Part shown: positions 9,679 to 21,722 of the stretch, piece by piece
Layout of the letters: the number at the start of each line of letters is the position of its first letter
How positions within the stretch are numbered: the first letter of the stretch is position 1
Source: an uncultured Acidobacteriota bacterium
GTDB lineage: Bacteria > Acidobacteriota > UBA6911
NCBI GenBank assembly: GCA_963827655.1
Contig: CAWHCF010000022.1
Span: 32,001 to 96,000, forward strand
DNA length: 64,000 nucleotides
Direction of reading: 5' to 3'
The notes under the pieces: model-generated
The model's database searches: none
The model's input: only the letters and a program-made list of their open reading frames with translations
What the model was told of the DNA's origin: nothing
Program-made: the position numbers and the translations under genes

Positions 9679-12491
9679 ATGCGGGAAGGAACGCTCGCGA
9701 GTGGCAAATGTTTGAGTGAGGCGCAGTGGCGGCAGGTCCTCAAACTTTCTGAGGAACTCGCGGAACTGCCGTCCCACGAACGGCAGGCCTTTCTGGACTC
9801 GGCAGGTGTGAGTCCCGAGATCGCGCGGGAAGTGCTGACACTGGTGGACGAGTTCAGTTCGCTTCAGGGGTCTCTGGCGAACGCCGGGGAGTGGATCGGA
9901 AAGTTCGAGATTACGGGCAGCCTGGGCCGAGGCGGGATGGGCCATGTACTCTCAGCGCGAGACACCGAATTAGACCGCAACGTAGCACTGAAGTTCCTGA
10001 CTCCCGACACCACGATGGATCCCGAAGCCACGCAGAAACTCCTGCGGGAGGCGCAAACCGCATCCGCGCTGAACCATCCGAATATCGTGACAATTCACGA
10101 GGTGATCCGCTCGGGATCGTCGATCGCGATCGTCATGGAGCTGGTGGAAGGACACTCTGTGCGGCAGCTTTGCGAGAAGCGGCTGCCGATCGAACAGGTG
10201 ATCGGCATCGGGCAGCAGATCGCGCGAGCGTTAGCCGCGGCCCACGCCAAAGGTATCGTACATCGCGACATCAAGCCGGAAAACATCATTCTGCGTCAGG
10301 ACGGTTGCGCGAAAGTGCTGGATTTCGGACTGGCACGGCGAGTCTCGAACTCTCCGGAGAATTCCAACGCCAGCGTCCCGGCGGGGACGCTGCGTTATAT
10401 GTCGCCCGAGCAGGCGCGGAGCGAACCAGCTACTTCCGCGAGCGACGTGTTTTCTTTAGGACTGGTGCTGCACGAGCTTCTCACCGGCCGGCACGCGTTC
10501 CCGGAGGATACGCCGCTCGAGACCGCACACGCCATCATGACGAAGGAGCCGAGCGGCGAGCTGCCGCGCGATGTTCCGGCGGAGTTGAGGCGGCTGATCA
10601 AGTCGATGCTGGCGAAGGTTGCATCGGATCGCCCCAGCGCCGGGCAAGTGGCGGCGCAGTTGGACGAGATTCTTGCGGTCATAGAGGGGCCGTTGGCGGA
10701 GGCGCGGCGTACGCGCGCTGGGCGGCGAAGCCGGTGGGTCCTGACTCTGGCGACGGTGCTGGCGATCGCGGGTGCCATCGTCTGGTTCACGAAAGGCAAA
10801 CGGGATGCCGGGGATCTCACGGACCTGACTATTAAGCCACTGACTTCGCAGCCCGGATGGGAATTGGCTCCGGCGTTGTCCCCAGACGGCGGATGCGATC
10901 GCATTCACGTGGAGTGCCAAGCTGGACGGTACACGGCAGATTTACGTGAAGCGGGATAAGGACGCGGAACCGACGAAGCTAACCAGCTCGCAAGCGGGGC
11001 AGATCGGATACCTGGTATGGTCCCCGGACGGCAAGCGCATCGCATTTAAGCGACAATTCGAGCATGAGGGCGCACTTTACTGGATCGCCAGCGGCGGAGG
11101 CGAGGAGCAGAAAATTCTGGATCTGGCGAACGCGGATCTGAGCTCCTCGATCGACTGGTCACCGGATGGCAAGCTAGTGGCCTTTTCGGACTCGCCGCCG
11201 GGAGTCCAGGAAGGCTTCGCTATCTACCTCTACGACCTGCGGTCCGGCGAGAAGCGGAAAGTCACCTCGCCGCCCTCGGGCATCTGGGGGGATTGGGACC
11301 CAAAATTCTCGCCCGACGGGAAAACGATTGCGTTCAAGAGAGTCACGGGATTCTGGGTGGACGATATCTACCTGGTTCCGACCGAGGGCGGCCCGGCGCA
11401 ACCGTTCACCGCATCCCGTCGCGGTATCTGGGGACACGCGTGGATGCCGGATGGACGGAGTCTGCTGGTGTCCGGTCAACGCAGCGGCACGGTATTTGGG
11501 ATCTGGCGATATCCGTTGAACGCGCCGACACGGCCGGAGCGGGTGGCGCAGGGCGGCGTGGATACGATTACCCCCGCTACCGGCCGGCATACCAGCCGAA
11601 TGGCGTGGGTAAACCAGCTGTGGGATTTGAATGTCTACCGGATTGCGGCAACAGGCACGGGCAAGGCGGAACGACTGATCGCTTCGACGCAGCGCGACCA
11701 CAATCCGGTCTATGCGCCCGATGGACGGATCGCATGGATCAGCGACCGCTCGGGAAGCCGGGAGATCTGGATCGCGAGAGGGGACGGATCGGGACAGGCG
11801 CAGGTGACGCACCTGAACGGGCCCGCAATCGACAATTTACAGTGGTCATTCGACGGCCGGTATCTGGCGTTCGACAGCCGGCCCCAGGGTTATTCTGACA
11901 TTTTTCTGCTGGAGTGCCCACAGGGCACGCTGCGATGCGGCGAGCCGAAGGCGATGAATGTGTCTCCAGCGGAATCTCCCGGCTGGTCGGCGGATAGCCA
12001 GACGGTTTACTTTTGCTCGAACCCGCTCCGGTCAATGGCAGATATGGAAACAGGCTTTATCCGGTGGGACGCCGGTTCAGGTGACGCAAACTGTCGGCTT
12101 CTGGCCGCGGGAGTCGTCAGATGGAAAATGGCTCTACTTTTCCGATCACCGCAACGACAGTGTGATCGCACGCATGCCGGGATCCAAAGGCGAGGGAGAG
12201 CCGGCGGGAGAAGTTCCGGTGATCGGGCGTGGGAACAAAGCGCAGTATGCCGGTTGGGCGGTAACGGCAAATGAGGTGGTGTTCATCGCGCGTGCCGATG
12301 GAACGCGCCCGGCGGCCATTCGCGCGTATAACCTGACCACGGGAAAGGTTCGCTCGATCCTCGATTTGACGGAAGTATTTGCGGATCGCGGCGATATCGG
12401 AGTATCGGTTTCGAAGGACGGTAAGTCGATTTTATACTCGCAACTTGACCGAAGCGGTAGCAATATCATGATGGCGGAGAAGAGCCGCTAG
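9679..12491 (+). CDS. Transmembrane Ser/Thr kinase with TolB-like PD40 beta-propeller sensor (frameshifts near 10890 and 12020)
   Basis: LGRGGMG, VALK, HRDIKPEN, DFG, GTLRYMSPE; TM segment WVLTLATVLAIAGAIVWF; repeated WSPDG/FSPDG. Confidence 0.9.
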
Positions 12492-12596
12492 CTGGGGCAG
12501 AAATGCGGCGTGCAGTGCTGTTGCGTAGCGACGTGGCATTTCGCCGGAATACCCTGGTTTATCAAGTGTGCTTCCCGTAAATTCCGATCCGATTGG

Positions 12597-12638
12597 TTGC
12601 ACTCGCTTACTTGGGTTAGCTATACTGCTTAGCTAACC
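12597..12638 (+). promoter_or_regulatory. TA operon promoter with palindromic operator
   Basis: TTGCAC-N18-TATACT; GGTTAGCTA-N7-TAGCTAACC (12614-12638) overlaps the -10. Confidence 0.75.
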
Positions 12639-12648
12639 GAGGAATGCT

Positions 12649-12882
12649 ATGAAAGTGGTTAACGTGCATGCAGCAAAATCGAATCTGTCGAAACTAATCG
12701 AGGAAGCCAGTAAGGGAGAGGAGATAGTGATCGCTCGCGGCTCAGAACCGGTCGTGAAGCTGGTGCCTGTGCATCGGCCGGAGGCAAAGCGGCAGTTCGG
12801 GAGTCTCAAGGGACGTCTCGTCGTCCCGGATGACTTCATGGAACCGCTGACGAGCGAGGAGGTCGAAGCCTGGCATCAATAG
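12649..12882 (+). CDS. Phd/YefM family antitoxin
   Basis: VNVHAAKSNLSKLI...GEEIVIAR...PVVKLVP...RQFGSLKG. Confidence 0.92.
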   Translation: MKVVNVHAAKSNLSKLIEEASKGEEIVIARGSEPVVKLVPVHRPEAKRQFGSLKGRLVVPDDFMEPLTSEEVEAWHQ

Positions 12883-12904
12883 CGGTACGACCTCAACGGT
12901 AACG

Positions 12905-13291
12905 ATGCGCTTACTCCTCGATACGCACGCTTTCCTCTGGTGGCTGGCCGGTGACAAGCGCATGACCTCGCGCGCACGGGCTGGCATTGCGGACGAGGCT
13001 AACGATATCTATGTCAGCGCGGCGTCAGCGTGGGAAGTCGCGACAAAGGTGCGGCTGGGTAAGCTGCAAGGCGCCGAATTCATCGCTCAGGAATTCGGCG
13101 AGCACCTCGTACTCCAGGGATTCATTGGGCTCGACATCACTGTCGAACATGGACAGCGCGCCGGAAACCTTCCTGGACCGCATAGAGATCCATTCGATCG
13201 TATGTTGATCGCACAGGCCCACGCCGCAAACCTCACGGTCGTTTCCAACGAGGCAGTATTCGACCATTACGGGGTCGTTCGACTCTGGTAG
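12905..13291 (+). CDS. vapC: VapC-family PIN-domain toxin
   Basis: LLLDTHAFLWW, SAASAWE, HRDPFDRMLIAQA. Confidence 0.93.
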   Translation: MRLLLDTHAFLWWLAGDKRMTSRARAGIADEANDIYVSAASAWEVATKVRLGKLQGAEFIAQEFGEHLVLQGFIGLDITVEHGQRAGNLPGPHRDPFDRMLIAQAHAANLTVVSNEAVFDHYGVVRLW

Positions 13292-13703
13292 ATGCTTGGC
13301 TGATTTAACCACCGACTCTCGCGCCAGAATGTAAAGTTATTTTGCGCGAGCCCTTAGTGCGTGGGCCGCATCGGACGCTGACATTCGAGACAGCTCAAGT
13401 CGTTCTGAACCGGTTTGGCGTTCTGAAGCGCTTCGTTCGCAACCGTGGAATCTGCTCGCCGAGTCTCGTCGGCTCCACCATTAACCTACGTTTCCCGATT
13501 CTGCCACCCAAACGTTCCTCGTAACATTTCTCGCCGGAGTCGTCATAAGATGCTATCAATTGCCTTGAGCTTCATTGATCATGATGATTCGTTCTACAAG
13601 CAGAGGCTACGTTTGGCCTCGCGTTGGGGCTCGTCAACTCTGTCGGTCCGCGATTACGTATTTCTAAAGGACGAGCCACACCGAGTCGGAAGGGGGACTC
13701 TCT

Positions 13704-15660
13704 ATGGAACCGGGTGAGCATATTGGTGACTACATCATCGTCGAAAAGATCGGTGAAGGCGGCCGGTCGATCGTTTATCTCGCCAGACATGAAGAGCGTG
13801 GCACTCACGCCGTCATAAAGCGGCTGCGTCAACAACTTGCTTTCGATGAGCAGCTCGCCCGTAAGATTAAACAACTTCGACATCCTCATCTGGCCGCCGT
13901 GCACGACTACATCGAGCGCGATGGCCAATACTTCATGGTCGAAGAGTACGTGCCCGGGGGGAGCCTGACGGATCTTCTGGACAAGGGCGAGCCGATCTCC
14001 CAGGAGGAAGCCCTGCGCTGGTGCCGGGATGCTCTGAGAGCGGTCGACTATGCCCATCAGAGCGGCATTGTGCACGGCGGTCTCAAGCCGGGGAACTTGA
14101 TGCTGAATCAAGAACGAGAGGTCAAAGTCACAGACTTTGGCATCGCCGGAGCATTGGATCGGGCGACTGGTGCGGCCGAGGGAGCCCCGCTCTACATGAG
14201 CCCCGAGCAGATCCGCACGCCGGACAAGGTCGATCACTCGACCGATGTCTACTCGATGGGTGTTGTACTCTACCAGCTACTCACGGGACGCGCGCCATTC
14301 AACAGCGAGAGCGAGTTTGACATTAAGCGTGCCATCGTCCAGGACCCACCGGTACCCCCGCGGCAACTCAAGTCGAAGTATCTCTCGAGAAGCGGAACAG
14401 ATCGTGCTGAAAGCGCTGCAGAAACACCCCGAGAATCGCTTCAGCGGGTGTGGCGAGTTCGCCCGTCAAATAGACCTCATTTGGCGCCGCCACGGTGGCG
14501 ATTTGACGGCCGACAAGGGTCCCGTTTGGAATCCGTTCCAATGGATCCGGAATGTGTTGAAACGGGAAGAAGAGCATCAGGGTGGGTCGGCGGCACCGCC
14601 CGCCCTACCACAATCGTCTGCCCCGCCACCACCGCCTTCCCTCCCGCCGCCTGCCCCACCGGAACAGGCCGGTCCGCCATCACCGCCGCCCGCCCTACCG
14701 CGATCGTCTGCCCCACCACCACCGCCTTCCCTCCCGCCGCCTGCCCCACCGCGACAGGCCGGCCCGCCACCACCGCCGCCCGCGCCACCGCAGCAGACTC
14801 AGCCTGTCCCGCCGGCGGCGGAGGCGGCCGAACCCGAGCCCGAACCCGTCCGGCTGGGCGCTTCGGCTCCGGAGGCGGTTCGCCCGGGTGACCACTTCGT
14901 AGCCCAATTCGCGGCTTACGTTCGGGCGCAGGAGGAAGAAGTCCGAAAGGCATTCATCGCTCTCAGCCGGCGTTCGGAACCGAAACTCGGGTTGAAGACC
15001 TGCCGCTGGAAACTGAAGACGCCGGTGAAAGTAGTATTGACCGGAGAGCACTTCAAGGTGGATCCGCCGGCGGACGAGTTCGTCTGGGAAGGGGACCAAA
15101 ATCTGCTGAGTTTTGAGGTCTCGGTCGATGCCGGTGCTCCCCTGGGCACGACGGTCTTGAAGTATCACGTGTACATCGGCGAAGTGCGCGTGGCTATGCT
15201 TCCACTGGAGATCGACATCGGCTCGCAGCCGGCTTCAACCAAGCAGAAAGAGGTAGCGGGCCAGCCTGCCCGGACAGCCTTTGCATCCTATGCCTCGGAG
15301 GATCGCGAGCGCGTCTTGGATCGCGTTTCCGAGGCCGGCCTCAGTGGAGGTTTGGATGTGTTCATGGATTGCGTGTCCCTCCGCGCCGGCCAGGATTGGG
15401 AGCGAAGCCTCGAACAGGAGATCACAGCCTGCGACCTCTTTCTGCTGTTCTGGTCGTCCCATGCCAAGGACTCCAAGTGGGTCACATGGGAATGGCAGAC
15501 TGCGCTGCGCCAGAAGGGTATCCAGGCGATCCAGCTCCGCCCGCTTCAACCCGTACGCGAGGTGGAACCGCCGGAGGAGCTCAAACGATTGCACTTCGAC
15601 GATCCGCTGATGGTGATGCGCGAGTACTATCGGCTGCATCCACCGGGCGGCCAGGGCTAA
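13704..15660 (+). CDS. Ser/Thr (pseudo)kinase - Pro-rich linker - beta-rich domain - TIR domain fusion (frameshift near 14380)
   Basis: Kinase fold with DFG and YMSPE but HGGLKPGN; the other frame completes the C-lobe (ALQKHPENRF); TIR motifs AFASYASED, DVFMD..SLRAGQDW, FLLFWS...SKWVTWEW. Confidence 0.85.
14597..14776 (+). repeat. Two 90-nt tandem copies encoding the Pro-rich linker
   Basis: PPALPQSSAPPPPPSLPPPAPPEQAGPPSP / PPALPRSSAPPPPPSLPPPAPPRQAGPPPP. Confidence 0.85.
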
Positions 15661-15940
15661 CATCAGGCTAATTCTCCGCCTGGCCGCATTCGCAGAATGA
15701 ATGCTTCCGCCAAAAGGTCCTGCTTCGGGAATAACCGCCCGGGACTGAGAAGCTGTGAAAAAATTGTGGTTGTGTCGCGGGTCATAATGAGCCGCGCCAC
15801 AGAAGCCAAAACGCTCCCGGTCAATCGAGGGCCGTTCGCTGAATTTTTGACGCCTTCTGAGACAACCGCGCCATTCTTGATTACTGTATACCGGTGGACG
15901 GAATGATAGATTATCGTCATCTTTTCTTTGCTCTCGCAGG

Positions 15941-18127
15941 ATGAGCGTGGCTATATTCCGAGCAGCACATCATCGGGTCTTTATCTCCCTGCCGATCGCG
16001 GCAGTTCTCTTCCTTTTTCCCTCGTCGATCCAGGCGGAAGATCCCGTCTTTCCCTACGGGGCCGTTTACTTCCGCAAGTCGAATCCTCCCGAACAGGACT
16101 GGGCGCGTGATCACAAGACCGCGGCTCAGGTTGGCATGAATACATTCCGCCACTGGTTCATGTGGTCGGCGATCGAGGTCGCTCCGGGCAAGTACGACTG
16201 GCGCGACTACGACAAGATGATGGACCTGGCCGCGGCCAACGGCATCAGGGTCGTGATCGCCGAGCTGATCACCGCGGCTCCGGAGTGGCTGTTCGAAAAA
16301 TATCCGCACGCGCGCTATCACGGAAGCGACGGCAGCGTGGTCCATAGTGGGATCTCGGGCAGCAGCGCCACCGGCGGGTTTCCGGGCGTCTGCCTGGACA
16401 ACGAAGAGGTGCGAGCGCTGGCCGAAACATTCTTGACCACCCTGGTCGAGCGTTATCGCAGCCATCCGGCCACAATCGCCTACGATCTCTGGAACGAAAA
16501 CACCTATAGCGGCGGCACTCAGCAGCGCATGTATTGCTACTGCGAGGCGACTCAGAAAAAATTTCGCGAGTGGCTCAAGACACGCTATACGACATTGGAT
16601 GCGCTGGGCGGCGCGTGGTACCGCTTCAGTTTCGCCGAGTGGGATTACGTCCGGCCGCCACGCACCTTCGCCGGCTATCCGGAGGCGCTGGACTGGCTGG
16701 AATTCCGGATCGATAATGCCTTCCGCCTGCTGCATTGGCGGTCGGAGCTATTCCGCCGCCTGGACCCCAAGCACAAGATTGCCGCGCACGGCGTGGCCGG
16801 GACACTGGAGACGCTCCCTTCCTCGACCACTGACGAATGGAGGTCGGCTGCGGAGGTGGATGTCTGGGGGTTCACCTGGGTTGCCTCGCGCAAGGGGAGC
16901 GAACCGTGGAAGCAGTTTCACGCCGTCGACCTGGTGCGGGCCGGCGCCCGAGGAAAGCCTTTCTGGCACGCCGAAGCACAAGCGGGGCCGCTCTGGATGC
17001 AACCGCAGGTGATCGGTCGTCCGCGCGAAGATGGCCGCATCACCGATGAAAAAGACGTTCGCCTCTGGAACCTGATTTCGTGCGCAGGGGGAGCCACGGG
17101 CATCCTCTACCCTCGGTTGCGTCCGTTACTCGACGGCCCGCTCTTCGGCGCCTTCGGCGCGTTCGCTATGGATGGATCGATCACGCCGCGCGCGGAGATG
17201 GCGGGCCGTGTGGCGCGCTGGGCCAACGCGCAGCCCGACATCTGGCGCTCTCGCCCGATAAAAGGCGAAATCGGCATCGTGTTTGTTCCGGAGGCCGAGA
17301 TATTCAACTATGTCCAGCAGGGGGATGCGAATCACTACGCCCAGTCGGCGCGTGGAGCATACCAGGCATTCTTCGATTCCAACATACAGGCCGATTGGGT
17401 CCACGTTGATCACATCCGGGAATACAAGATCGTCTACCTTCCCTACCCCGTCATGCTCAAGGAAGTCACCGCGCGCAAGCTGACCGAATTCGTGGAGCAA
17501 GGCGGTTCGCTCATCAGCGAAGGACTCCCGGGCTATTTCGGCGACCGGGGGCGGGCTGGTCCCGTGCAACCGAATCTCGGCCTCGACAGGTTATTCGGCG
17601 CTCGAGAGAGTTACGTGGAATTTACACCCGACCTGCTGGAGAACCTCACGTTTAAAGTCCGTTCGTCCCAGATCCACGGCAGGTTTTTCTTGCAGCAGTA
17701 TACCGCCGCAGGAGGAGTTCCGGTGGGAACCTACGAAGACGGAGCCGTGGCCGCCCTCGAGAATCGCTTTGGCAAGGGAAGGACCTTGCTGATCGGTTCG
17801 TTTCCCGGGGCCGGCTATTACCTCCATCGTTCGGCTGGAACGCGGACCTTTTTCGCCGGACTTCTCGACTGGGCAAGTACGGAGCCTCACCTCCGCTCGA
17901 GTGACAATGAAATGAAGGCTCGCCTGCACAAAGGCGATGGCGGGACTTACTTATGGGTGATCAATCCGACCCGGAAGACACGCAGCGCAGTCATTTCCAT
18001 GTCGCGCAGCTTGGGACAGTTCCAATCGGCCACTGAGCTCTGGCAAGGACAAAAGGTATCCCTAAAGAGCAGCAACATCGAGATCACAGTGGCCGATCGC
18101 GACGCTGCTGTAATTCGACTGCAGTAA
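15941..18127 (+). CDS. Beta-galactosidase, GH42-like with trimerisation domain
   Basis: YGAVYF, WSAIEVAPGKYDW, YDLWNE, CYC, FWHAEAQAG. Confidence 0.85.
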   Translation: MSVAIFRAAHHRVFISLPIAAVLFLFPSSIQAEDPVFPYGAVYFRKSNPPEQDWARDHKTAAQVGMNTFRHWFMWSAIEVAPGKYDWRDYDKMMDLAAANGIRVVIAELITAAPEWLFEKYPHARYHGSDGSVVHSGISGSSATGGFPGVCLDNEEVRALAETFLTTLVERYRSHPATIAYDLWNENTYSGGTQQRMYCYCEATQKKFREWLKTRYTTLDALGGAWYRFSFAEWDYVRPPRTFAGYPEALDWLEFRIDNAFRLLHWRSELFRRLDPKHKIAAHGVAGTLETLPSSTTDEWRSAAEVDVWGFTWVASRKGSEPWKQFHAVDLVRAGARGKPFWHAEAQAGPLWMQPQVIGRPREDGRITDEKDVRLWNLISCAGGATGILYPRLRPLLDGPLFGAFGAFAMDGSITPRAEMAGRVARWANAQPDIWRSRPIKGEIGIVFVPEAEIFNYVQQGDANHYAQSARGAYQAFFDSNIQADWVHVDHIREYKIVYLPYPVMLKEVTARKLTEFVEQGGSLISEGLPGYFGDRGRAGPVQPNLGLDRLFGARESYVEFTPDLLENLTFKVRSSQIHGRFFLQQYTAAGGVPVGTYEDGAVAALENRFGKGRTLLIGSFPGAGYYLHRSAGTRTFFAGLLDWASTEPHLRSSDNEMKARLHKGDGGTYLWVINPTRKTRSAVISMSRSLGQFQSATELWQGQKVSLKSSNIEITVADRDAAVIRLQ

Positions 18128-18136
18128 CCGCCGTCC

Positions 18137-18228
18137 TCGCGTTTCTTCGTGTCTTCGCGTCTTCGTGGTTAGTGCGGCGGAACAAAACCAACCACCAAGA
18201 CTCAGGAAGACTCGAAGAAACGCCAGGA
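18137..18228. repeat. Family A octamer-based inverted repeat
   Basis: TTCTTCGTGTCTTCGCGTCTTCGTGGTT ... AACCACCAAGACTCAGGAAGACTCGAAGAAACG. Confidence 0.85.
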
Positions 18229-18262
18229 AACTTGTGGAAAAAACAAGGAAGTACCGTCTATG

Positions 18263-18291
18263 CCCGCCGGCGCCCTGGAGGCGCCGGCGGG
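18263..18291. terminator. GC-rich hairpin between convergent genes
   Basis: CCCGCCGGCGCC-N5-GGCGCCGGCGGG, 12-bp stem. Confidence 0.55.
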
Positions 18292-18301
18292 GGCGGCACG
18301 A

Positions 18302-21300
18302 TCAAAAATGCAGCTTCAGGTTGTACTGAAACTCGCGGCCGGTTCGTCCCCTGGAGCTGCTGGAACGTTCGGCCGAAGTTCGAACGGGTGACGCGCAGCT
18401 CGGGGTCGGCGGCCGTGAACGTGTTGCTCACGTTGTAGGACTCCATCTTGAACTCGAGCTGGAACCGCTCGGTCAGGTTGAAGAACTTGGCGAGCGTCAC
18501 GTCGAGGTTCTTGTAGCCAGGTCCGAAAATGCCCGAGAAGGACTTGGGGTTCGTCCGCGGCGTAAAAGCGGCGGACTGCTTGAACGCCGCCGGATCGAAC
18601 ATGAGCCCCCACTTGGACGGGTTATCGATCTCCGGGTCGCCGACAACGTCCATCTGGTCGAAGCGCAGGAGGTTGCCGGAGTTGTAGTAGTAGGCGGCGG
18701 TTGTGGTCCAGCCGCCGACAATCGCATCCACCACAGCCGGGACGCCGTTGAAGAAGCGGCGCCCGCGGCCGAAGGGAAAATCGTAGACGCCGGCGATTGT
18801 GGTGCGGTGACGAGGTCGCACCCCGTCCTCAAACCGGAAACGGCCGGCGTACTCCTCGTCGATGTTGAAGAATTCTTCCTGGCGTTCGCGGTTGTAATTA
18901 TAGGCGAGCAGGAAGTTGAAACCGTCGGCGAAGTGGCGCTGAACCCTGAGCTGCATCGAATGGTAGCGTTCGCGGATGCCGGGTGTGTTGGTCTGGTTCA
19001 CGTTGCCGTACTGGGGGAAGGGCTTCAACAGATCGGCGAGCGTCACCTGCTCGAGGTTCCGGAGCTGGCCGGGGAACTTGTCGGGCGTGAGGTAGTTGTA
19101 GAAGGGGTTGCTGACGCGCCGATTCAGAGCGGTCTGATGGGTGTAGCTTAGCTGCGGGTCCATGAGGTTGAAGCGTTTCGTGTAGGGGAGATCGCGGCCA
19201 ATGTTTGCGAAGTAGGTAACCTCGGCGACGAACTTGTGGACAAGCTCGCGCTGCAACGTGACGCTGAAGCGGTCGTTGACGTTCGGCCGGAAGTCTCCGA
19301 TGTCGGTGATGGCGTCGCCACCCAGGTTGGTATAGCGTCCCAGAGACTTCCCGACGACGGGGATCAGCGGATTCGAGGACGGGAAAGGATCGCTCCACAC
19401 AGTCTGGGGCTTGCCTTCGAGGACCGGGGCCATGCGGGTCAGCGCGGAGAATCCGGGGTAAGGCAGATTCCCGATGACGTCTGCCTGGACGTGAGCCGGG
19501 GTAAGAAAACGGGCGTAACCGACCCGCAGCGCCGTCCGGTCATTCAAGCGAATCGCGAGTCCGACCCGGGGCAATAGATTCAGCTTTTTGGGGTCCCACA
19601 GTCCCCGGGTCTTTTCATCCGTGAAGCTCCAGGCGCCGTTGAACTGGTAGGGCTGATTCATCAAATCGCGCGCTTCTTGCGGAATATTGGGCGGGTTGGT
19701 TTGCATTTCCGGGATTGGATCCGTGCGATCGAACGGGCGCGAGAGACGGTACAGGTCGCGGTCGTAAATGGCGCCCTCGTGTTCGTAGCGCAGCCCCAGG
19801 TTCAGGGTAATGGTCCGGTTGATCTTGAAGTCGTCCTGGATGAAAAAGCCCAGGTACCGCACCGTAGGAAACAGGAAGGGAGTGGTCTGGGCGGAGGAGT
19901 CGCTGTCGAGAGCGCCCAACAGCATAGTCGCCCACGGGTCCCCGTTTGAGCGGGTGTTCGGGTTGATGAACGTCTCGGCGGTCAGCGCCCGGCTGAAACG
20001 GAAATCAAAGTATCTCGGGCTTGCCGAAAAAACCCGCAGATAGCGCCATTCTCCACCGGTCTTGATATAGTGCCGGCCCACCTGTTTCGAGATCTTCCCC
20101 GACAGAGAGTAGTTCTCGGGGTGCTGGAAAAACCAGCTGCTCTTGCCGAAGATAGTTCCGTCGACGTTGACGCCAGGGTAGAAGAAGAGGTGCAGGGGGT
20201 TGATGTAAGAACTCCACCAGTCGTGGGACCAGAACTCCGAGAGCCTGGAAGGGGCCATCTTCTGCTTGGAGCCGTCGTAGTCATCCTCCATCGAGATATA
20301 GTTGCCCCGGATGTTAATGACCGTTGTGGGATTGAGTGTGTAGACCATGTCTCCGGAGACATTCAGGGAGTTCATGATGCCGCTGTTGAGGTCCTCGTAG
20401 ACGATGGTCCCGTTGGGCGTGTAGTCCTGATCAATAAGGTCGGTGCGGAAGCGGCTGAAGCGCCCGAATACCTTCAACCTCTCGTTGATCAGATAGTCGG
20501 TCCGGGTACTGATATTGTGATAGGTGTTGGCGCGTGCGTAGTCGGCCCGGAAGTTGTTGACGCCGGTGATGTCATCGCCGGGGCGGTTCCCGTCCCACAT
20601 TTCCTTGATGAACTTCCGCGAGGTGGGATCCTGGCGCGACATGGGGATGATATTGCCCGGGAAAGGATCGCGGGTGACCCGGCCGGCGGAGTCCAAACGT
20701 GTGGAAAACGGGTCGAAGATAGTGCGAAGGCCGCCGGAGGCGTTCAGCGACTGGGAGAAGTCGCCTTCCCGCTCGAGCCGGGTCGGCATCGTCATGACGC
20801 GGCTTCTGGGCTCCAGCTGGTTCCAGTGCTCGAAGGCGAAGAAGTGGAAAAGCTTGTTGGGAATGATGGGGTGCCCGACGGTGCCTCCCCAGATGTGGTT
20901 GCGAACCAGGTTGGGCGCATGGGTGATGGAGTTCGACGCGGCGTTCAGGGCCGGATTTCGGCCGAAATAATACAGGCCGCCGTGCACGTCATTGGTCCCG
21001 GACTTCATTGACACGTTCAGGATGCCGCCCGCGCTGTGACCGTACTCGGCGTCGACGCTGTTCTGCTGGACGCTGACTTCAGTGACGGCGTCCATGGTAG
21101 GCGCATAGGTTCCCTTCGGACCTACCTGGGCCGGCATGCCGTCGATCAGCGTGTCGTTCTTGGTGCTGGTCGGGCCGCCCACTTCGAGCTGCGTTGCGGC
21201 CCACATCTTGAAAGGGGTTCGTTCGAGCGTATAGCGGTTGACTACGGCGGGGTCGAGCAGCGCCAGGGTGAAAGGGTTGCGGGCCATCACAGGCAGATTC

Positions 21301-21722
21301 TTCACCATGGTGTTATCGACCGTCAGATCCATGCTACTGGTATTGAACTGGATGGGTACCGGGCTGTCGATGACCTTGATGGTTTCGGCCACCGCCCCGA
21401 CCTGCAGGGTCGCGTTGACAGTGATGTCACCGCGGTTCTGGACCAGGATGTTTTCCTGGAGGAAGCGGCTGAAGCCTTGCATCTCGACCGTCAAGGAATA
21501 GCGTCCGGGCTCCACCAGGTCGAACAGGTAGCGGCCGTGGCTGTCTGTTTGTTTGAGGTTTTCAACACCGGTCGCGACGTTGACGAGCCGGACCGTTGCG
21601 CCGGAGACGACGGCGCTACTGGGATCGGTGACGCTGCCCTGGATTCTGCCGCGGTATTCTTGCGCGGGCAATCCGGCAGCGAGCAAGAGGGTGATCAAGA
21701 TAGGCATTCCTTTGGATTTCAT
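18302..21722 (-). CDS. TonB-dependent receptor with carboxypeptidase regulatory-like N-terminal domain (frameshift near 18340)
   Basis: GSVTDPSSAVVSGATV, MKSGTNDVHG, QDDFKI, LNLGLRYE; true C-terminus REFQYNLKLHF* lies in another frame. Confidence 0.92.
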
